Of a stretch of DNA of 64,000 nucleotides, positions 1 through 23,120 are shown one piece after another. Every line of letters starts with the position of its first letter. The stretch's first letter is position 1. A program made the translations under genes and the position numbers. The stretch is taken from assembly GCF_009914755.1 (NCBI RefSeq), contig NC_060940.1. One strand, written 5' to 3'. This DNA comes from the human T2T-CHM13v2.0 reference genome, Homo sapiens. The notes under the pieces are model-generated. The model saw only the letters and a program-made list of their open reading frames with translations, was not told the origin of the DNA and searched no databases.

Positions 1-202
1 GGCCAGTCTCGTCACATCACGTAGCGTCACTCCTGGGTCTGTTTCATCACGCCCTCATAATACACAGGCCAGTCGAGGAAAGGGCCACCTCTTCTTCACC
101 AGAACCCCAGTGCCTACCAGAATTCATCAAGGCAAGCAGCAGCGTCCCTGGAACTAACGGCTGCAAGGCGTGCACCTTGCCACCCAGAATCTTCCACACC
201 TA

Positions 203-570
<368 letters not shown>

Positions 571-2336
571 TTAAAATCTCTCAACACCAAAAATCTTGGG
601 GAGAGGTTCCTAAGCTGCTCCCCACACAGAACTCCAAGAACACCACCACCAACAGACACAAACCCCTGCCGTGAAGATGGCTGTCCCCCGCGCTGCTGAC
701 AGCGTGTCTCTTTCAAGGTAAAGCGTGTCATAGAAAACGTCTCCTCTGCACAGCTCTCACACCTGCCTCTAGGCTGTATCTTTCCTACTGCGCCCTAACC
801 CAGGGAAGATGTGAAATCCACCACCCCAGCGATTAAACATGGTATGGACAGATCATCTTATGTTGAAACAGACAATCTGCTTTTCCAACAGTTATGCACT
901 TTAATTACACAGGACTCTTCTACTTTGTGTTCGGATACATTTTTCTCTGACTTGCAGGTGCAGCTCACATTCCTCCCTAAGGCTATCAGAAAGTGAGCAC
1001 TGGAAACAGAGACCGCACAGTCAGGCGGAGACCAGCCCATGTCGCTCGCTCTGCAGGTGATGCTGGCTGATGGCTAAGCTGCAGCAGCCACGATCCAGAC
1101 CCAGCCAAGCCCTCTACCTCACCTGCCGACTTGCCCCAGAGAGCCAGAAGGGGAACCGGCCGTTAGAGGGGCATGGGGGCGGGAAGAGCATCCTCTTGTC
1201 ATACCTGCCTGACCCGTACTATGGGGACACGTGTCCAACCATACTCACAAGCATCCACAACCAGCTACCCCATTACTTTACATTTCACCAAGAAAAAGTG
1301 TTGCCAATTAGATTCTGGCACAGCATCTTCTATCACGTCCCTGAAAAGCTACTTAGCCTTATCTGGACGAATTGTAATGCATCTTCATCACACCCCAAAG
1401 CCCAATGTGCACACAGCCCGTGCATGCTCAGGATGTCCTCACACGCAGGGTCTAGTTCCTCCGGCTCACTGTGGACTGGCTCTGAACATCAGTGTTTTTC
1501 CACACAGCCTCCCCCTCCAGAGCCACTGGAGCCATGCGGCCTCATTCTGCACAAGAAAAGGCTCAGCCAGGCACCTCTGGGGGCAGGGCTCAGCCACACC
1601 CCTAAGGGGACAGGCAGCCCAGGATCCCCCAGACCTTTGGAGACCCCTGAGGAGAGCCAAGGCCCAGCACAGAGACAGGCAAAGCCAGCAAGGAGAACAC
1701 AGCAGCCAAGGGAAAGCGTGGACTCTAAGAAAACTAAAAAATTTTCATCAATATTCTTACTAAGCTAAGAGAAGAAGGCATATCCGAGAACAGGATGCTA
1801 TGAAAAAACAACTGTCAGAGCCCAAGAGTTCTCTGAAATGAAAACCAGGCCAGTAGGAATGAAACGCTCAACTAAAGGCAGGAAGACGAGGCAGCCGTCC
1901 ACAGAGCAGAGCAAAAACCCGACGGGACGCGGGCTCGCGTGCACGCCAGAGGAGCTCCAGCCAACAGGGGAAGATGTGGGGGAAGGAGCAGCTTTCTAAG
2001 TCCTTGTCAATCAGCAAACAAACACAAAACAGCTCCAGTGGAAACAGTGTTGGATACTGGGTGAGACATGAAGACACCCAGAATCTCCACTCAGCTCTGC
2101 CACGGGTCACCTTCTGCAGCCACACTCATCACCACAGGTCCCCCAACCTTGGAGGGCAGGGTCTACCTAGTGCCTGCTGCTCTGGCAATGCCTGAGGAAT
2201 CACTGGGCCCTCTGCTGTGCAGGTGTACACGTGATAAAAACAGAGACTCAGGGAAGACTCACTTGCCAGGACTCCTTCTTTGCTAACAGTGACTGACAGC
2301 GTACTCGGAGCAGTCAGTGTTGCTTGGGGTATGAAC

Positions 2337-2965
2337 TTTTTTTTCTTTTTGAGACAGAGTTTTGCTCTGCTGCCCAGGCTGGAGTGCAGTGGCGCGATCT
2401 CAGCTCACTGCAACCAACCTCCGCCTCCCGGGTTTAAGCGATCCTTGTGCTTCAGCCACCCAAGTGAAAAAATAAACTTTGAAAGAAAAGATAACACTAA
2501 AATAACGTCTGGGTGACTTTAAAGGATGGTTTAATAAGAGTTGTTTATTAGTATTGTTTTATCATTTTTTTTCTTTTTTGAGACAAGGTCTCTCACTGTC
2601 GCCCAAGTTGGAGTGCAGTGGCATGATCTTGGCTCACTGCAGCCTTGACCTCCCAGGCTCAAGTGATCCTCCCACCTCAGCCTCCTCAGTAGCTGGGAAT
2701 ATAGGTGAGTGCCACAATGACCAACTACTTTTTGTACTTTTTGCACTTTTTGCAGTGATGGGGTTTCACCATGTCACCCAGGCTGGCTCAAGCGATCCGT
2801 CTGCCTCAGCCTCCCACAGTGCTGGGATTTACAGGCATGAGCCACTGCACCTGGCCTCTATGATTTTTTTTTTTTTTTTTTTAAGAGACAGGTCTCACTG
2901 TGTTGCCCAGGCTAGTCACAGTCTCCTGGCCTCCAGGTGATGCTCCTGCCTCAGCTGCCTACATG
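2337..2965 (-). mobile_element. Cluster of antisense Alus (partial arm, AluJ 2565-2858, partial monomer)
   Basis: T-tails followed by gagacag...ggctggagtgcagtgg Alu consensus. Confidence 0.9.
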
Positions 2966-3469
2966 CTGACTTTATATCAAAAAGGTTCCATCATTTGATT
3001 CCTGCATATTGGTTTGATTTCCTCAGCAACGAGGAACTAGCGATTATAATTTCAGCAAAATCAAAACCAACTCCATAGAAAAAAAGCTTGAAGTCATCTT
3101 AATCCAGTTACTTATATCTTCCTATAAAACAGTAACCTTTTGTATCCTGGAAAACAACGATACATAAAAATTAAAACGAGAAACAGGCTGAGAAAATCAG
3201 TGGGGCAGGGAGAAGTTACTTATTTCTCCCTGAATAAGTGAAAGTTTTTAGAAAAAAACGTTTCTTTGAATCTTGCCATACTGTCAGCAACAGACTGTTC
3301 CACCTCAGCAAAGCACAGCAGGCATTCCTACGAATGCTGGCTTATTGCTCTGGTCACAGTATAATTGCTATTTATTTCCACTTACAAAGGACAACTTACT
3401 TAAAGGACAATTTGATTTTCATTAGTCAAGGTTCTATGGACAAAAGGAAAATTTGAATCTTCAAGTATT

Positions 3470-6420
<2,951 letters not shown>

Positions 6421-8048
6421 AAGAGAAAAGTAAAGCAAAGCTATGGCCGGTCAGGTTGTATGAAGTTCTCACACCTTACACTGTGTGGACCTGACTCCTG
6501 ATTTCCTCACCACAAATAACTGGACTAACTGGACTAAGGATTGGGAGCAAATCAAAGCCCACTGTGCTATGACCATATGCGAAGACAGCTCCGTGCACAG
6601 CACCTTCTTAAGTGCACAGTCCCCACCAGTATCTGAAGAGGCCTGACACCGCAATGCAAGGAATGAAGGAAGGTGTCACACGCGACCACTGCAAAATGTC
6701 AGCAAATACCTAGGATCACTGGGACCGCTGCTGGGTTCCAGGGCACTCAGAGGGCCCCTGTGGTCTTTCCCTGGGCTCCGCCTGGGCTGCACGACATGAG
6801 ACCCAGAAACTCCGTGGGCGCCGAGACTCCGGCACTACCATCACAGGCACCAGCAACCTCCAAACCTCAGCAGCTGAGGATTTTCCTTACATTTTCAAAT
6901 GAAAAACGCACAGCGTAACAACTGCTTGTCACAACACAGTCTCCCAAACCAAGTGGAGACTTGTCCCTTTAGTGGAAAAAGGATTTGAAGTATTTTTGTG
7001 TAGCTACACTCTTCAAAAAATTAGTAAGCTGCACAGATGAGTCATGCCAGATGCTCACAGGAGTTCTGTCTGGAGAGCACTCTCCAATGACGCTGGGAAC
7101 CGACCTTCAAGAGCAGTCAGCACTCGATGCACATGTGGTCCAAGGAGAATGTCCCCCTGTCAGGGTTCCTGACAGAGCCCTGACTGGGAGCTCGGCACCA
7201 TCAGCCGGGACACATTTCCCAGCCTTTTAGGCATCTAGGTGGGACCAAGAAATTAAATCTGGCCAACAAAATATAAGTGAAGTGTCTAGAGGCTGCTTTC
7301 AGGAATGTTCCTTAAGAGAAAGATTTCAAGCCTGCCTTTCTTCCTCCTGCTGCCCAGGATGAACGCGTGAGGACTGGTGCCCTGGCTAGCACCTTGGGCC
7401 GGGAGCAGAGGGCCACATCCTAGGGATGGCACAGAGTAGCCAGAGGGGGCCTGTACCCCTAAGGGCACCCTCAGGTTCTGATGGGGTACAGCGTCCAGGG
7501 AACGGGGTGGCCTCCTGCACGCCCTGCTGTGAGAGGGAAATGGGCTTCTGGCCATCTCGACCCTGGTCACCGTGGGTCACCGGGAAACACAATACTGCTC
7601 CTCTCTCCTGATTCTTTGTGGTACCCAACTTCAGTGACCAGCTCCCAGCATCTGAACGTGTCAGTTTAAGGAGCGTTCCCTGCCCAGACCAAGGAGCTTT
7701 CATCATCAGTCTCCAGAGGCACCACGGCCCCGGGTTCTGTGTGCGCTGCTCCGCAGGCTGCCTCATCCAGTTCTGCTATTTAGCCCCCTGAGGTATGCAC
7801 CATTCACACCTGAACTGACAACCCCAGGCCCTGCCCGAGCCCCCACCCTTCCCGCCTGCAGAGGCCCCCCAGCCAACAACCCCCACCCTGGAGACAGCCC
7901 ACCCCGAGCTCAGGGCCAGCTTCCTATACAGCACTGGCACGGGGCTTTGCACAAGGCACAGCCTTAGCTAGGAAGGAAAAGCATCTCCAGGGTAAGTGTT
8001 TTCTTCCTAGCCTTCCAGGAGAGAGGGGAAAAAAACTTAGCATCTTAC

Positions 8049-8122
8049 CTCAAAGGAACATTCAACATTTCTGTCATTTTTTGTGTGTGATAATCCCTTC
8101 AGGTCTATCTTTTCAACACTCA
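8049..8122 (-). CDS. ZCCHC14: ZCCHC14 internal coding exon (probably exon 3), 74 bp, (V)SVEKIDLKGLSHTKNDRNVECSFE
   Basis: Minus strand: ...tttgttttacttttacag|TG acceptor and GAG|gtaaga donor. Phase is compatible with the 124-bp exon and the peptide continues the recalled ZCCHC14 sequence. Confidence 0.95.
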
Positions 8123-8579
8123 CTGTAAAAGTAAAACAAAAAACAAAAATGAAATAAGAGCTTGAAGTATATACATGATTATTTAGCATTTGATATTCAG
8201 CAGTTTTCAAAACCAGGTTCTCAGCACCCAAGGCTGTCCTGTCACTTTGGTGGCATCTCACCTAGAACCAGAGCCCAGAGAGGAAGGCGGGCGGCAGCAC
8301 CAATGCAGGGCAGATTCACAACAGAAAGGAGGGAAAGCAAAGCCACACCTGGCAATGGAAGGGCAGGAACGGCACTGGAGTACAGACACACGTTTATGGA
8401 CCCAGTGAGAGCCCAGCAGTAGCTACAACTGAGAATCTGTGCAGCCTCCCGGGTTCACCCTCAAAACCGTTACGAATCTGTCCCAACTTCTGAAAAGGTA
8501 ATGCTCAGCATTTTCAACTGTGACTGTTTAAGACAATATTTCCCCAAGAACACAGTCACCTGGGGGGTCTCTTCTATGT

Positions 8580-8864
8580 ATTTTCTTCTTTTTTCTTTTT
8601 TTTTTGAGACGGAGTCTCACTCTGTCTCGGCGGCTCACTGCAACCTCTGCCTCCTGGGTTCAAGCGATTCTCGTGCCTCGGCCTCCCCAGTAGCTGGGAT
8701 TACAGGCGCATGCACCACCGTGCCTGGCTGATTTTTGTACTTTTAGAAGAGATGGGGTTTTGCCATGTTGGCCAAGTTGGTCTCAAACTCCTGACCTCAG
8801 GTGATCCGCCCGCCTCAGCCTCCCAACGTGCTGGATTTACAGGCGAAAGCCACCGTGCCTGGCC
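8580..8864 (-). mobile_element. AluS
   Basis: Alu consensus on the reverse strand with a small internal deletion. Confidence 0.9.
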
Positions 8865-9629
8865 TTTCTTTTCAGGAGAATTCATTCTCATCCTTCTCTG
8901 CGAGGGCAAGGATGAGGAGACCAGAACAACAGTCCTGGGGGAGTCAGGAAGATAGCACCGTCTGGGAGCAGAGCCGGGCTGCAGTGAATGAAGCTGCACG
9001 GGATGGACAGCCAGAGGGATGAGCGGCCTCACCAGGGAGCCCGGAAGGCATCAGCCTACTCATCCCGTTTTCCACGTACACTGGTGCGTGTTTTTCTCAT
9101 CAAAAATAAGATGATACAATTAGGTTTTAAGCACTATTTTTAAATGAGCCCAAATATCTGCTCAAAATAAAACAGCCGCGTATCGAACATGCTGTAGTTT
9201 CTGACTCAGCCTCATCAAGGCAGGCCTGCCCCGCTGATCCAGCGCTGAAGTTTCTCACTGCCCAACACACCCGGCTCTGCCAGCTTCCACACTTCCCAGG
9301 CGCCAGGAGCCCCACGCCGAGCTTTACACATAACTGGGAAAGAGGCTACGGGAGCATTCTCCCTCCTTCCTCCACCAGCCTTCGCTGGGTCTGGAGGCCA
9401 CCTGGCCGCGTGCGACGGGGATGTCTGCTAATTTGTAGAATCTAACTTTGTCCAACGTGAAATACTCAACACAACTTCTCAGAACTGTGAATGTGACACT
9501 TCCTGCAGGCACCCAAAGACCGCCTGGTCTCCTGCACCACCGTTCTCCAGAGCCCTCTCCACGGGCGCCAGTGCTCACACAAGGTCACGGCCACCTCAAA
9601 AAACCGTATGGCCAAAAAGTTTTTTGGGG

Positions 9630-10024
<395 letters not shown>

Positions 10025-11479
10025 TTATAATTTTTTAAACGATTCCCCACATTTTTTGGCAACTTCTTCTCCTAACATACACGAACCTCTCCTAGAGCAA
10101 GGACCTGCTCTGTGCACACGCTCTGGGGATGGTTCTAAGCCTGCACTGCCCAAATCACCCGTGGCAAGTTAAGTTAATTAAGAAGGAATAAAATTAAACG
10201 TTCAACCCCCAGTTGTCCTGAAGAACCACGCTGAGGGTTCTGCAGCCATGGGAGGCTAGTGGCTGCCACGCTGGGCGGTGTGCTCCCAGACAGCGCTGTC
10301 TAAACCAACACCCGCCCGTCCGTGAGCAGCTCTGTGGGCCTCCACATGCCCCTCATCTGCATGTCCTCTGTGGCCACCCCGTGATACCATGGCTGAGGAG
10401 CTGTGCCAGACACCACCCTGCTCCTGGAGCCAACGACACTGACTCCCTGTATCTGCAGAATGAGCCAGCCAACCCTGCGCTGAACCAACCATCCTCGCTC
10501 GCTCCCCAGCGTGTGCTGCAAACACCCGGCCACGTCCCAGGTCACCCTGCAGGTGCTGTGAGGGTCGTGGAGCACGAGGCAGCGGGCGCTGCGCTCCCAG
10601 CGGCACCACCTGCTCCTCCAGGGAACCTCGTGCATCTCACGGATGCGGGAGTCCACTCGCTTTAGAGTTCTTTAAGCTTAAAATAGCACCTCACAGGAAG
10701 GAATTACTATAAAAAATACAAATGTTTATTTCCTTTCTGGCAAAACAAAGAGCACAGCACATTTAGAGGCTACACAGCCCTGCTGATGTTCACTTAGTGG
10801 AACTACACGCTGTTCCTGCCTGACTTCCTCAGTCAGACTGTCAGCAAATACATAGCTTTTATGTTTTTCTAAAGCAGTACTTCTAAAACTTCCCACAATG
10901 ACATCACTCTAATCCATGTATTTTACTTTTTTAAACAACATATAGTGTCAATGAATACAGAAACATGTAGTCAGCATTCTCCCTGGCCACAAACACCATG
11001 TGTACCTCATGTCCCAGGACTGAATAATATTAGGGTTTATGAAAAAAGTAAAAGGAAAAAAAACCCATCTGGACTGAGAGTAGGAAGTGACTCAGTCACA
11101 TTTCATATCTGGACAGGAAAATGGGAAAAAGCAGATGAATGTTATTCAGCTGTTTTCAAATAAAAGAGGCATTTCCAATTCTAGGCTCCAAATATTGGCG
11201 CATCCCTCTGCAGAATGGCTAGCCTGGGCAGTGGCGGCCCCCCGCCAGGGCACCTCCGGGCCCAGGAGCGACGCAGCGAGGCTCCCTCTACTCCTGCCCT
11301 GGACCCCATGTGCTCCGCGGGCTCTGAAGGCTGAGAAGAGGAGCCTGGGAGAGAGGGAAGACCAGGCACAAGGAGTGAGGGGCCGGGCTAGTGCGGGGGC
11401 TGGGTGACCAGCCTGAGTCAAGGTCAGGAAAGATTTCAGCACGCTCTCAACTCTGCAGCCATTAGACGCTGTGATTCGA

Positions 11480-11658
11480 AAAACCACAACAAGAAAAAAG
11501 GCTGATAGAGCAGCAGGATAAATAGCTCACACATGCCGGGCTTACGCCTAAGTGATGGGCTGATGGGTGCAGCAACACATCATGGCACACATTTACCTAT
11601 GTAACAACCTGCACATCCTGCACACGTACCCCAGAACTTAAAAGAAAAAAAGAAAAAA
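11480..11658 (+). mobile_element. L1PA (older subfamily) 3' end
   Basis: gggtgcagcaacacatcatggcacacatttacctatgtaacaacctgcacatcctgcacacgtaccccagaacttaaaa plus an A-tail. Confidence 0.85.
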
Positions 11659-11976
11659 GCCTCGGATATTAACTGGAAAATTACAAATTCTATGCATAAC
11701 ATGATGACAGTTTTGTTTAAAATGGAAATGAAAACACTAAAACTAAACGATCGAAAGTGATGGGAACAGCTGTGTACGGTGGCGAAGTGAAGAGTAGCTT
11801 TTCCCCACATTTCTGTAATGTGGTTTTGCCATCTCAAAGCGAATACCTATCTGCACGCAGACACTCATTACAACCCACTTCCAGTCTGCCCCCAGTGTGG
11901 CCGCCTTCCCCTCCCTCCCTGGTCAGCCCCACTGCCTTCTGTGGAGCGTAAGCAAATGCCTAGATAAATTCAGGGG

Positions 11977-12280
11977 CGGCCGGGAGCTCACACCTGTAAT
12001 CCCAGCACTTTGGGAGGCTGAGGCAGGTGGATCACCTGAGGTCAGGAGTTAGAGACCAGCCTGACCAACATGGAGAAACTCCGTCTCTAGTAAAAATACA
12101 AAATTAGCCGGGCGTGGTGGCTCATGCCTGTAATCACAGTTACTTGGGAGGCTGAGGCAGGAGAATCACTTGACCCCAGGAGGCAGAGGTGGCAGTGAGC
12201 TGAGATTTGCGCCATTGCACTCCAGCCTGGGCAACAAGAGTGAAATTCCATCTCAAAAAAAAAAAAAAAAAAAAAAAAAT
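11977..12280 (+). mobile_element. AluSp/Sq-like with TSD aaattcaggggc
   Basis: Alu consensus; the direct repeat is present on both flanks. Confidence 0.92.
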
Positions 12281-13602
12281 TCAGGGGCAAACATCACCCC
12301 ATCACCTGAGAGAGCAGACCCAGAGGGACCACAAAGACAGGATCCGCGCTGGCCAGAAAGCCTCCGTGAGGAAAGCATTCACGTGCGTAAAAATGGCGAT
12401 TCGGCCACAGCGCGTGGCAGCCAAGGCCATGAGGAGGCTCTGCTGGAGCACTGAGGCTGGTCAGCACCGCACCCAGGCAGGCCTGTGTGGGGACAAACAC
12501 GGCTGGGGCAAAGGGACCCGAGGCTGGGCCAGGCCTGCGCCCTCCTGAAGTAAGAACACGAAGGATGATATACTTTTCCCTTTGAAATGTTTGTCTGTTC
12601 AAACCTTTCTTCTTTTCTCATTCCAGGTACACAACAGGCATTTTCCTCAAGTCTTACAAGTTAGATCACACAGCCTTCGATAAAATGTATATTCACATCG
12701 ACTATCATTTTATAATTGAATCAACACCTACATTTAGAAACCAGTACTCTAACGTAGCAACTGAAAAAGGGAGGGAAGCTGGAATAAGAATGGTGATGTC
12801 CAAAGTCAGGCCTCCCTTTGGTCCAACTGCACCACACCACGGTGTTTCGATGCCAAGGTGTACAGCTTCTGATTTTTTCCTTTTACACTTCAGTGCCTCT
12901 ACAATCAGATGCCAGGACCATCTCACACCTGCTGCTGGCCATGTGGCAGGAATAACATGGTTGTGACAGCCTGCCACCTATGGAGAAAATGAGGAAAAAC
13001 CCAGCAACCCACCCACAAAGCGGGTACAGTAGCTTAGGAGAAACTCCAAAACAGCAACCGGGCACGCGCTCCAATGCTGTGGTACCGCAGCACTGCGTGG
13101 CACACAGAGCCCACTGCACAGGAGGAATGCACGCCCCGACCCAGCCGGCTGGACGGCGTGCACGGGGGCTGGACTCTGTGCGTCAACTGCAGGAGCACCT
13201 CACCTCATTTATTTGGATATTTTCCTTTCTATGCATGTACAAGAATGATATTATGAAACTCTGCAGCCAAGTCTTAAAGGGCTCTTTCAATAAAACTATG
13301 ACCAATAAAAAGCAGCATGTTAGTTTTGTGGGCAATGTGTTTACTTTTTTAGATACAGAGAAAGTCTTCCAGCCAGTAGCAACTCACAGTTAATGACACA
13401 CGGGAAGGAGACGGAATGATGCCTCCCAAGACCTGAGTTCGAATATTCACTGAGTAACTAAGGTCAGTTTTGTGTCTGCTTCCTCATTTGTTTAATGGGG
13501 ATAGTAGCTTAAAAGGGCCAATAGTTTGTAATCAAATATGAATAAAAACAGGAAATGGTCCTAATAAGTATAAAGATATAAAATCCCCAAGAAATAAAGG
13601 GC

Positions 13603-13726
13603 CCTGCTGGGGCATTCACACGAGGCCTGGGCCCACGGTCAGCACTGCCCCCGGTCTTCCTCCTGCTTGGGGCATTCACAGGAGGCCCGGGCCCACCGTC
13701 GGCACTGCCCCGGTCTTCCTCCCGCT
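13603..13726. repeat. GC-rich tandem duplication, about 59 bp x2
   Basis: cctgct(t)ggggcattcaca..gaggcc.gggcccac.gtc.gcactgcccc(c)ggtcttcct at 13603 and 13662. Confidence 0.9.
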
Positions 13727-14050
13727 ACAGAGGAACAGCAGAGGGCCCTACAGTGGAGTCCCTGAAATGCAACTGATTTATCTCCATGGAGCCTATGGCT
13801 CCAGAGGTGAAGTGTCCTGCCTCACCTTTGTTACTAATGAGCAGACCGTATTATTTAGTTAAGATGTATTTCTGGATTATAAGGGACTCAGAATCCTAGG
13901 AGCTAAATTTACCACTATATTGCTATTTACACAAGCTAAGACAAGCCACGAACATTACCAAGTTTCCTTTCTGAAGTGCCCTGCGTATGGATTATGGAAT
14001 CTTCTTTATAGGATTCCAAAAGGCCTGGGAGGACGACCCTCATACAAGTT

Positions 14051-16206
<2,156 letters not shown>

Positions 16207-16719
16207 TCCCATACACCTTCATATAAATACTCAAGCTGATTACTAATAGAGTCACCTACATTATCTTAATATGCTTCATCTTTCCCGGTTTTGTCTTGGG
16301 GTCAGAAGAAGTATTTATGTACAAAAATCTTTTATTAAGTCCATTTCTTTTTTTTTGTCTTTGATTTTCCTTATCTCCCATTCATATTTATTGTTTAAGT
16401 CTGTAGTTCTATTGGATTCAAGTTTGAAAGGCAACACAAAACTCCTCTCCAACATAAACATACTGGTGTTACTCCATTTGTGCCTCCAGAGTAAGAACAC
16501 AAAACAAAATCTGAACTAGAACTCTGATTTTAGCAAATAAAATTAGGGGCTTTATTGTAGGAAAATATGTTTTTCTTAAAGGTACAATCGACAACTCTGA
16601 GATTAAAAATAATTCATCAATAAATAGCCACATATTCTAGCGCATTAAAAAGGCACTCTTATAAAGTTGTTACAGCTTTCCTCTTACTTTTTTGGGGCCA
16701 ACCTGTGTTTCAGGGAAAC

Positions 16720-18200
16720 TGAACTAAAGACGATCTATGAAAACGTAGTGTTGGGGGACTCTGGTTCCAGGTAAGACGGAGCAGCAACGAAAGCCCCTGG
16801 AAGGGAGACGCTCCTCTCTGATGTGGGGGCTGCGATTCCAGGTGGGGTGACACCTCCTCACTGCCTTTTCTTCTCTCTGTCTTCCCATGAAGATGGGGAT
16901 GGTCACTGAAGTGCACAGCAGAGAGGGCTAAAGCCCCAGCTTTCTGGCTGGAGGACCAAAAAGGGGAGCCCCTGGGAACTGGAAGTACAGAAGGATAGCA
17001 GAGAGGGAAGATTTCAGGGAAGCAACCCCGTGGCGTTGTGGGTGCGTTCACCCGGGGGCTGCACATGGAAGAATCTGAACTGCCGAACACACCTCCAGCA
17101 GAGTCTGAGGCTGGACGGCAAGCAATGCCCCCAAAGGACGAGGCCAAACAGCACCGCCACAGCTCGGAAAATGGAGCTGGCACCACAGCCACACCCCACA
17201 GAAGGCTGCACAGTACTTGCTGTCAGAACCCAACCAGGTCAACTGCACCAAACCAAAAGCATCAACATTCTCTGTAGGATTAAAGATGAGTCAGAGTCTC
17301 GTATCATACTATTCAAGAAAATCAACAGATCCCAACACTGAGATGGCACAGATGCTAGAACTACCAAAGACACAGAAGCAGCTACTGTCACAATGCCCCA
17401 ACAGGGAGGGGCAAACACTCCTGAGATGCACAGACAGACAGAAAGCCTGCACAAATCCAGGTGTAAAGAACCAAATGAAAATTTACAGAAAAAAAAATTA
17501 AAACTTTAGCGGTGGGACAATGGCTGAAAAAGTCCCAAATTGTGTGAGAGACATAAGCCTATGCATAAGAAGCTCAATGAGCTTATCCAAACAAGATAAG
17601 CCCAAAGAAATCAACACCCACACACGTCATAAGCACAATGCTAAAAACTAAAGACAAAAAAATCTTGAAAGCAATCAAAAACAATACATTACCTCATAGG
17701 AGAAAACCATTCAAATGACTGGGACTTTCGCATCAGAAACCATGAAGGCCAGAAGAAAGTAGAATCATATTTTAAAGTACTAAAGGCAAATAACTACCAA
17801 CTGTAACTCTACATCCAGTGAAGGTGAAATAAGACACCCTCAGATGAAGGAAAACTGAGAGGACTGTTTGTCAGCGGGCCTGCTCTGAAAGAACTGCTAA
17901 AGTTCTTTGAACAGAAGGAAAATGAACGGGAAGCAAACTTGGACCATCAGGAAGGAAAGAAAAGCAAGAGAAATGTGAAATATCTGGGTAATATAAAAGC
18001 AGTCTATTCCGCTTTTGAGTTGTTCAAAATAGGTTTGATGGTTGAAAACAAAAATCATTAACGCGGTCCCAAGCAGCTTTCGATGCCTGCGGATAGAATT
18101 CCTAAGACAACTGTGACCGGAAGGGCAGAGGCCTGGATGGTGGTCGGGTTTCCACCTTCCACCGGCACTGGTAAGTGGGCTCCAGGCAGACTGGGGTCAC
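16720..18200 (+). mobile_element. Old L1M 5'/ORF1 relic
   Basis: gagatggcacagatgctagaact; cccaaagaaatcaacaccca; catcagaaaccatgaaggccagaagaaag. Confidence 0.7.
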
Positions 18201-18368
18201 TGATGGCTCTACAAAAGATTCAATGAGAAAACACTGCTGCTTCCAAGAAACCTATTTTTTTTAAGTGGGCAGCTTTTTATCAATGCAGGAATTGTCAAGT
18301 GAGCCTTTTATTTGCTACCAGGTAAGTCAGCTGAGTTGGGATCAGTAAATTTAAAAGATGCTGACAGT

Positions 18369-18990
<622 letters not shown>

Positions 18991-19069
18991 AAAACACAGA
19001 AACGGCCCTGTGGAGCTAGACTGTCACTGAGAAGGCCTAGAGCAGCCACACTCCATCAGCAGGGCACAC

Positions 19070-20278
<1,209 letters not shown>

Positions 20279-20917
20279 TAAAATGAACCATTTTTAAAGA
20301 CGCAGATCTATTCCCTCAGTGTGTACCATCAGAAGAAAGGCATTGTCTGTCAGTGCTTATTTTTTTCATTGGAGAGGTTGAATTTCTTTCTTTCTGTTAA
20401 TTATGATTGCTGTGTTATCTTCCTGTATTTTGTTTTTACTGTGAAGGATCATAATCCATTCTTCCAAATCTTCAGGAATTACTTGGTATAGGTTTTAACA
20501 GGCCACCATGTGATCAGATGTTCCTTTGAAGTTTCCTTTGATATTTTATTACCAGATAGTCCCTCAAGCCACGGCGTGTGGGCTCAGCCGCTACGACTAT
20601 GTGATGACGCGCCGACCTGAGAAACACACATGCTGACCATCTGGCCGAGAACTGAAGACCAGGGCAAAACCACAGCATATCACAAACATTTTTCCAGAAC
20701 AGGGTTGTAGTGTCTCTTTTGATGCCAAATTTTAAAATAAAGCAAATTAAATAATGATTGTTGAGGGAAAACTAATTTTTTAATTAAAGAAGATTCCATC
20801 TAATTACGCATGCTGTTTGGAAATCAACCTATTTTTCTAGGTCCTATCATCTTCCCAATTGATTTAAAAAATATTTTTAGGTACTCCTTACTCCAAACAT
20901 CGACAGTATTTTTCTTA

Positions 20918-21920
<1,003 letters not shown>

Positions 21921-22224
21921 TGAGAAGACAATTTAGTAACACAAATACCACATGAGAATTTTCACATTCAAAATACATATAACGTCATCTAAGACTCAAC
22001 AGGAAGACAGAATTCTGCCAATAGACTAGGAAAAGACACTCCGGCAAAGCTCTTTTGGGGCAGAGCCTTATAAGACACATACATATTCTTAAAGATGGCG
22101 GAAGAAACAGACCTCACCCCTCCACCCACACATATTTTGGGCCAGGGGGAACTAAGCAGGCAGCCTGGACACCTGCCAGACTGCAAAGGGCCTGTGTGAA
22201 ACGGCAAGGGGGTCAGGTGTTTTT

Positions 22225-22890
22225 TTTTTAATTTGAGGCGAAATTTACATAGAGCAAAATGCAGAGATCTGAAGTGTACAATTCAATGAGTTTGGGTACA
22301 TTTATATGCCCATGTGATCACTAATCCTTGAATCAAGACGCAGTGCTTTTCAATTCTCTAAAAAGTCTTGAACGTCATATAAACAGGACCATACACGGGC
22401 CCTGCTTTCATTCAACATTGTATTTTTGAGATTCCGATGTGGTTACATGTATTAGCTTTGAAAATGACTGAGTTCTCTTCCATTGTATAAATATACCACA
22501 GCTTGTTTATCCATTCTCCTACTCATGGACATCTGGGTTGTTTCCAGTTTGGGGCTATTATGCATAAGCTGCTATAAGCCTTCATCTCCAAGTGCTGTTG
22601 TGGATGTACGCTTTCATTTCTTTGGGATAAATTCCCTAGGACGAGAACTGCAGGAATATAAGATACATTTATCACTTCATAAGAAATGCCAAATTGTTTT
22701 CTTAATGGTTGTACCATTTAATCCTCCCATCAGCTGCGGATGAAAGCTCCAGCTGCTTCTGATCCTAACATTTGCTATTCTGTCCTTCTGACTTCCATTA
22801 CCTCGGTGAATAGAAATGATACTCTCCTGTGGCTTTGATGTGCATTTCCCTGATGACTGGCGACTTGAATCATGACATCCCTGGACAATC
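22225..22890 (-). mobile_element. L1MB/ME 3' region
   Basis: tgaagtgtacaattcaatgagtttg; ggacatctgggttgtttccagtttggggctatta; ttgtaccatttaatcctcccatcagc. Confidence 0.8.
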
Positions 22891-23059
22891 TGTGTGTACA
22901 AGCAGGTATGAGTGCTCTGGAGTTAACTGCCTTTCTTTTTTCTGCTGGTAGAAAAAAACCTAATTGCATTAATATATGTGTAATCTACTGCTTGGAATGC
23001 ATACCATTCTTCCATAGGAAGATAATCTTCACAATCATTAACGTCTTCCATTTCCTTAT

Positions 23060-23120
23060 ATAGGCTGTATTCCTAATCTGAAAATCCAAAATCCAAAATG
23101 CTCCAAAATCTGAAACATTT
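23060..23120 (+). mobile_element. Tigger4/MER46-like terminal fragment
   Basis: cctaatctgaaaatccaaaatccaaaatgctccaaaatctgaaac. Confidence 0.65.

Noticed and set aside
1070-1768. 232-aa ORF on the + strand
   Set aside because: No recognisable domain, low-complexity GC-rich composition, overlapping ORFs in other frames, and antisense to the host intron; most likely chance.
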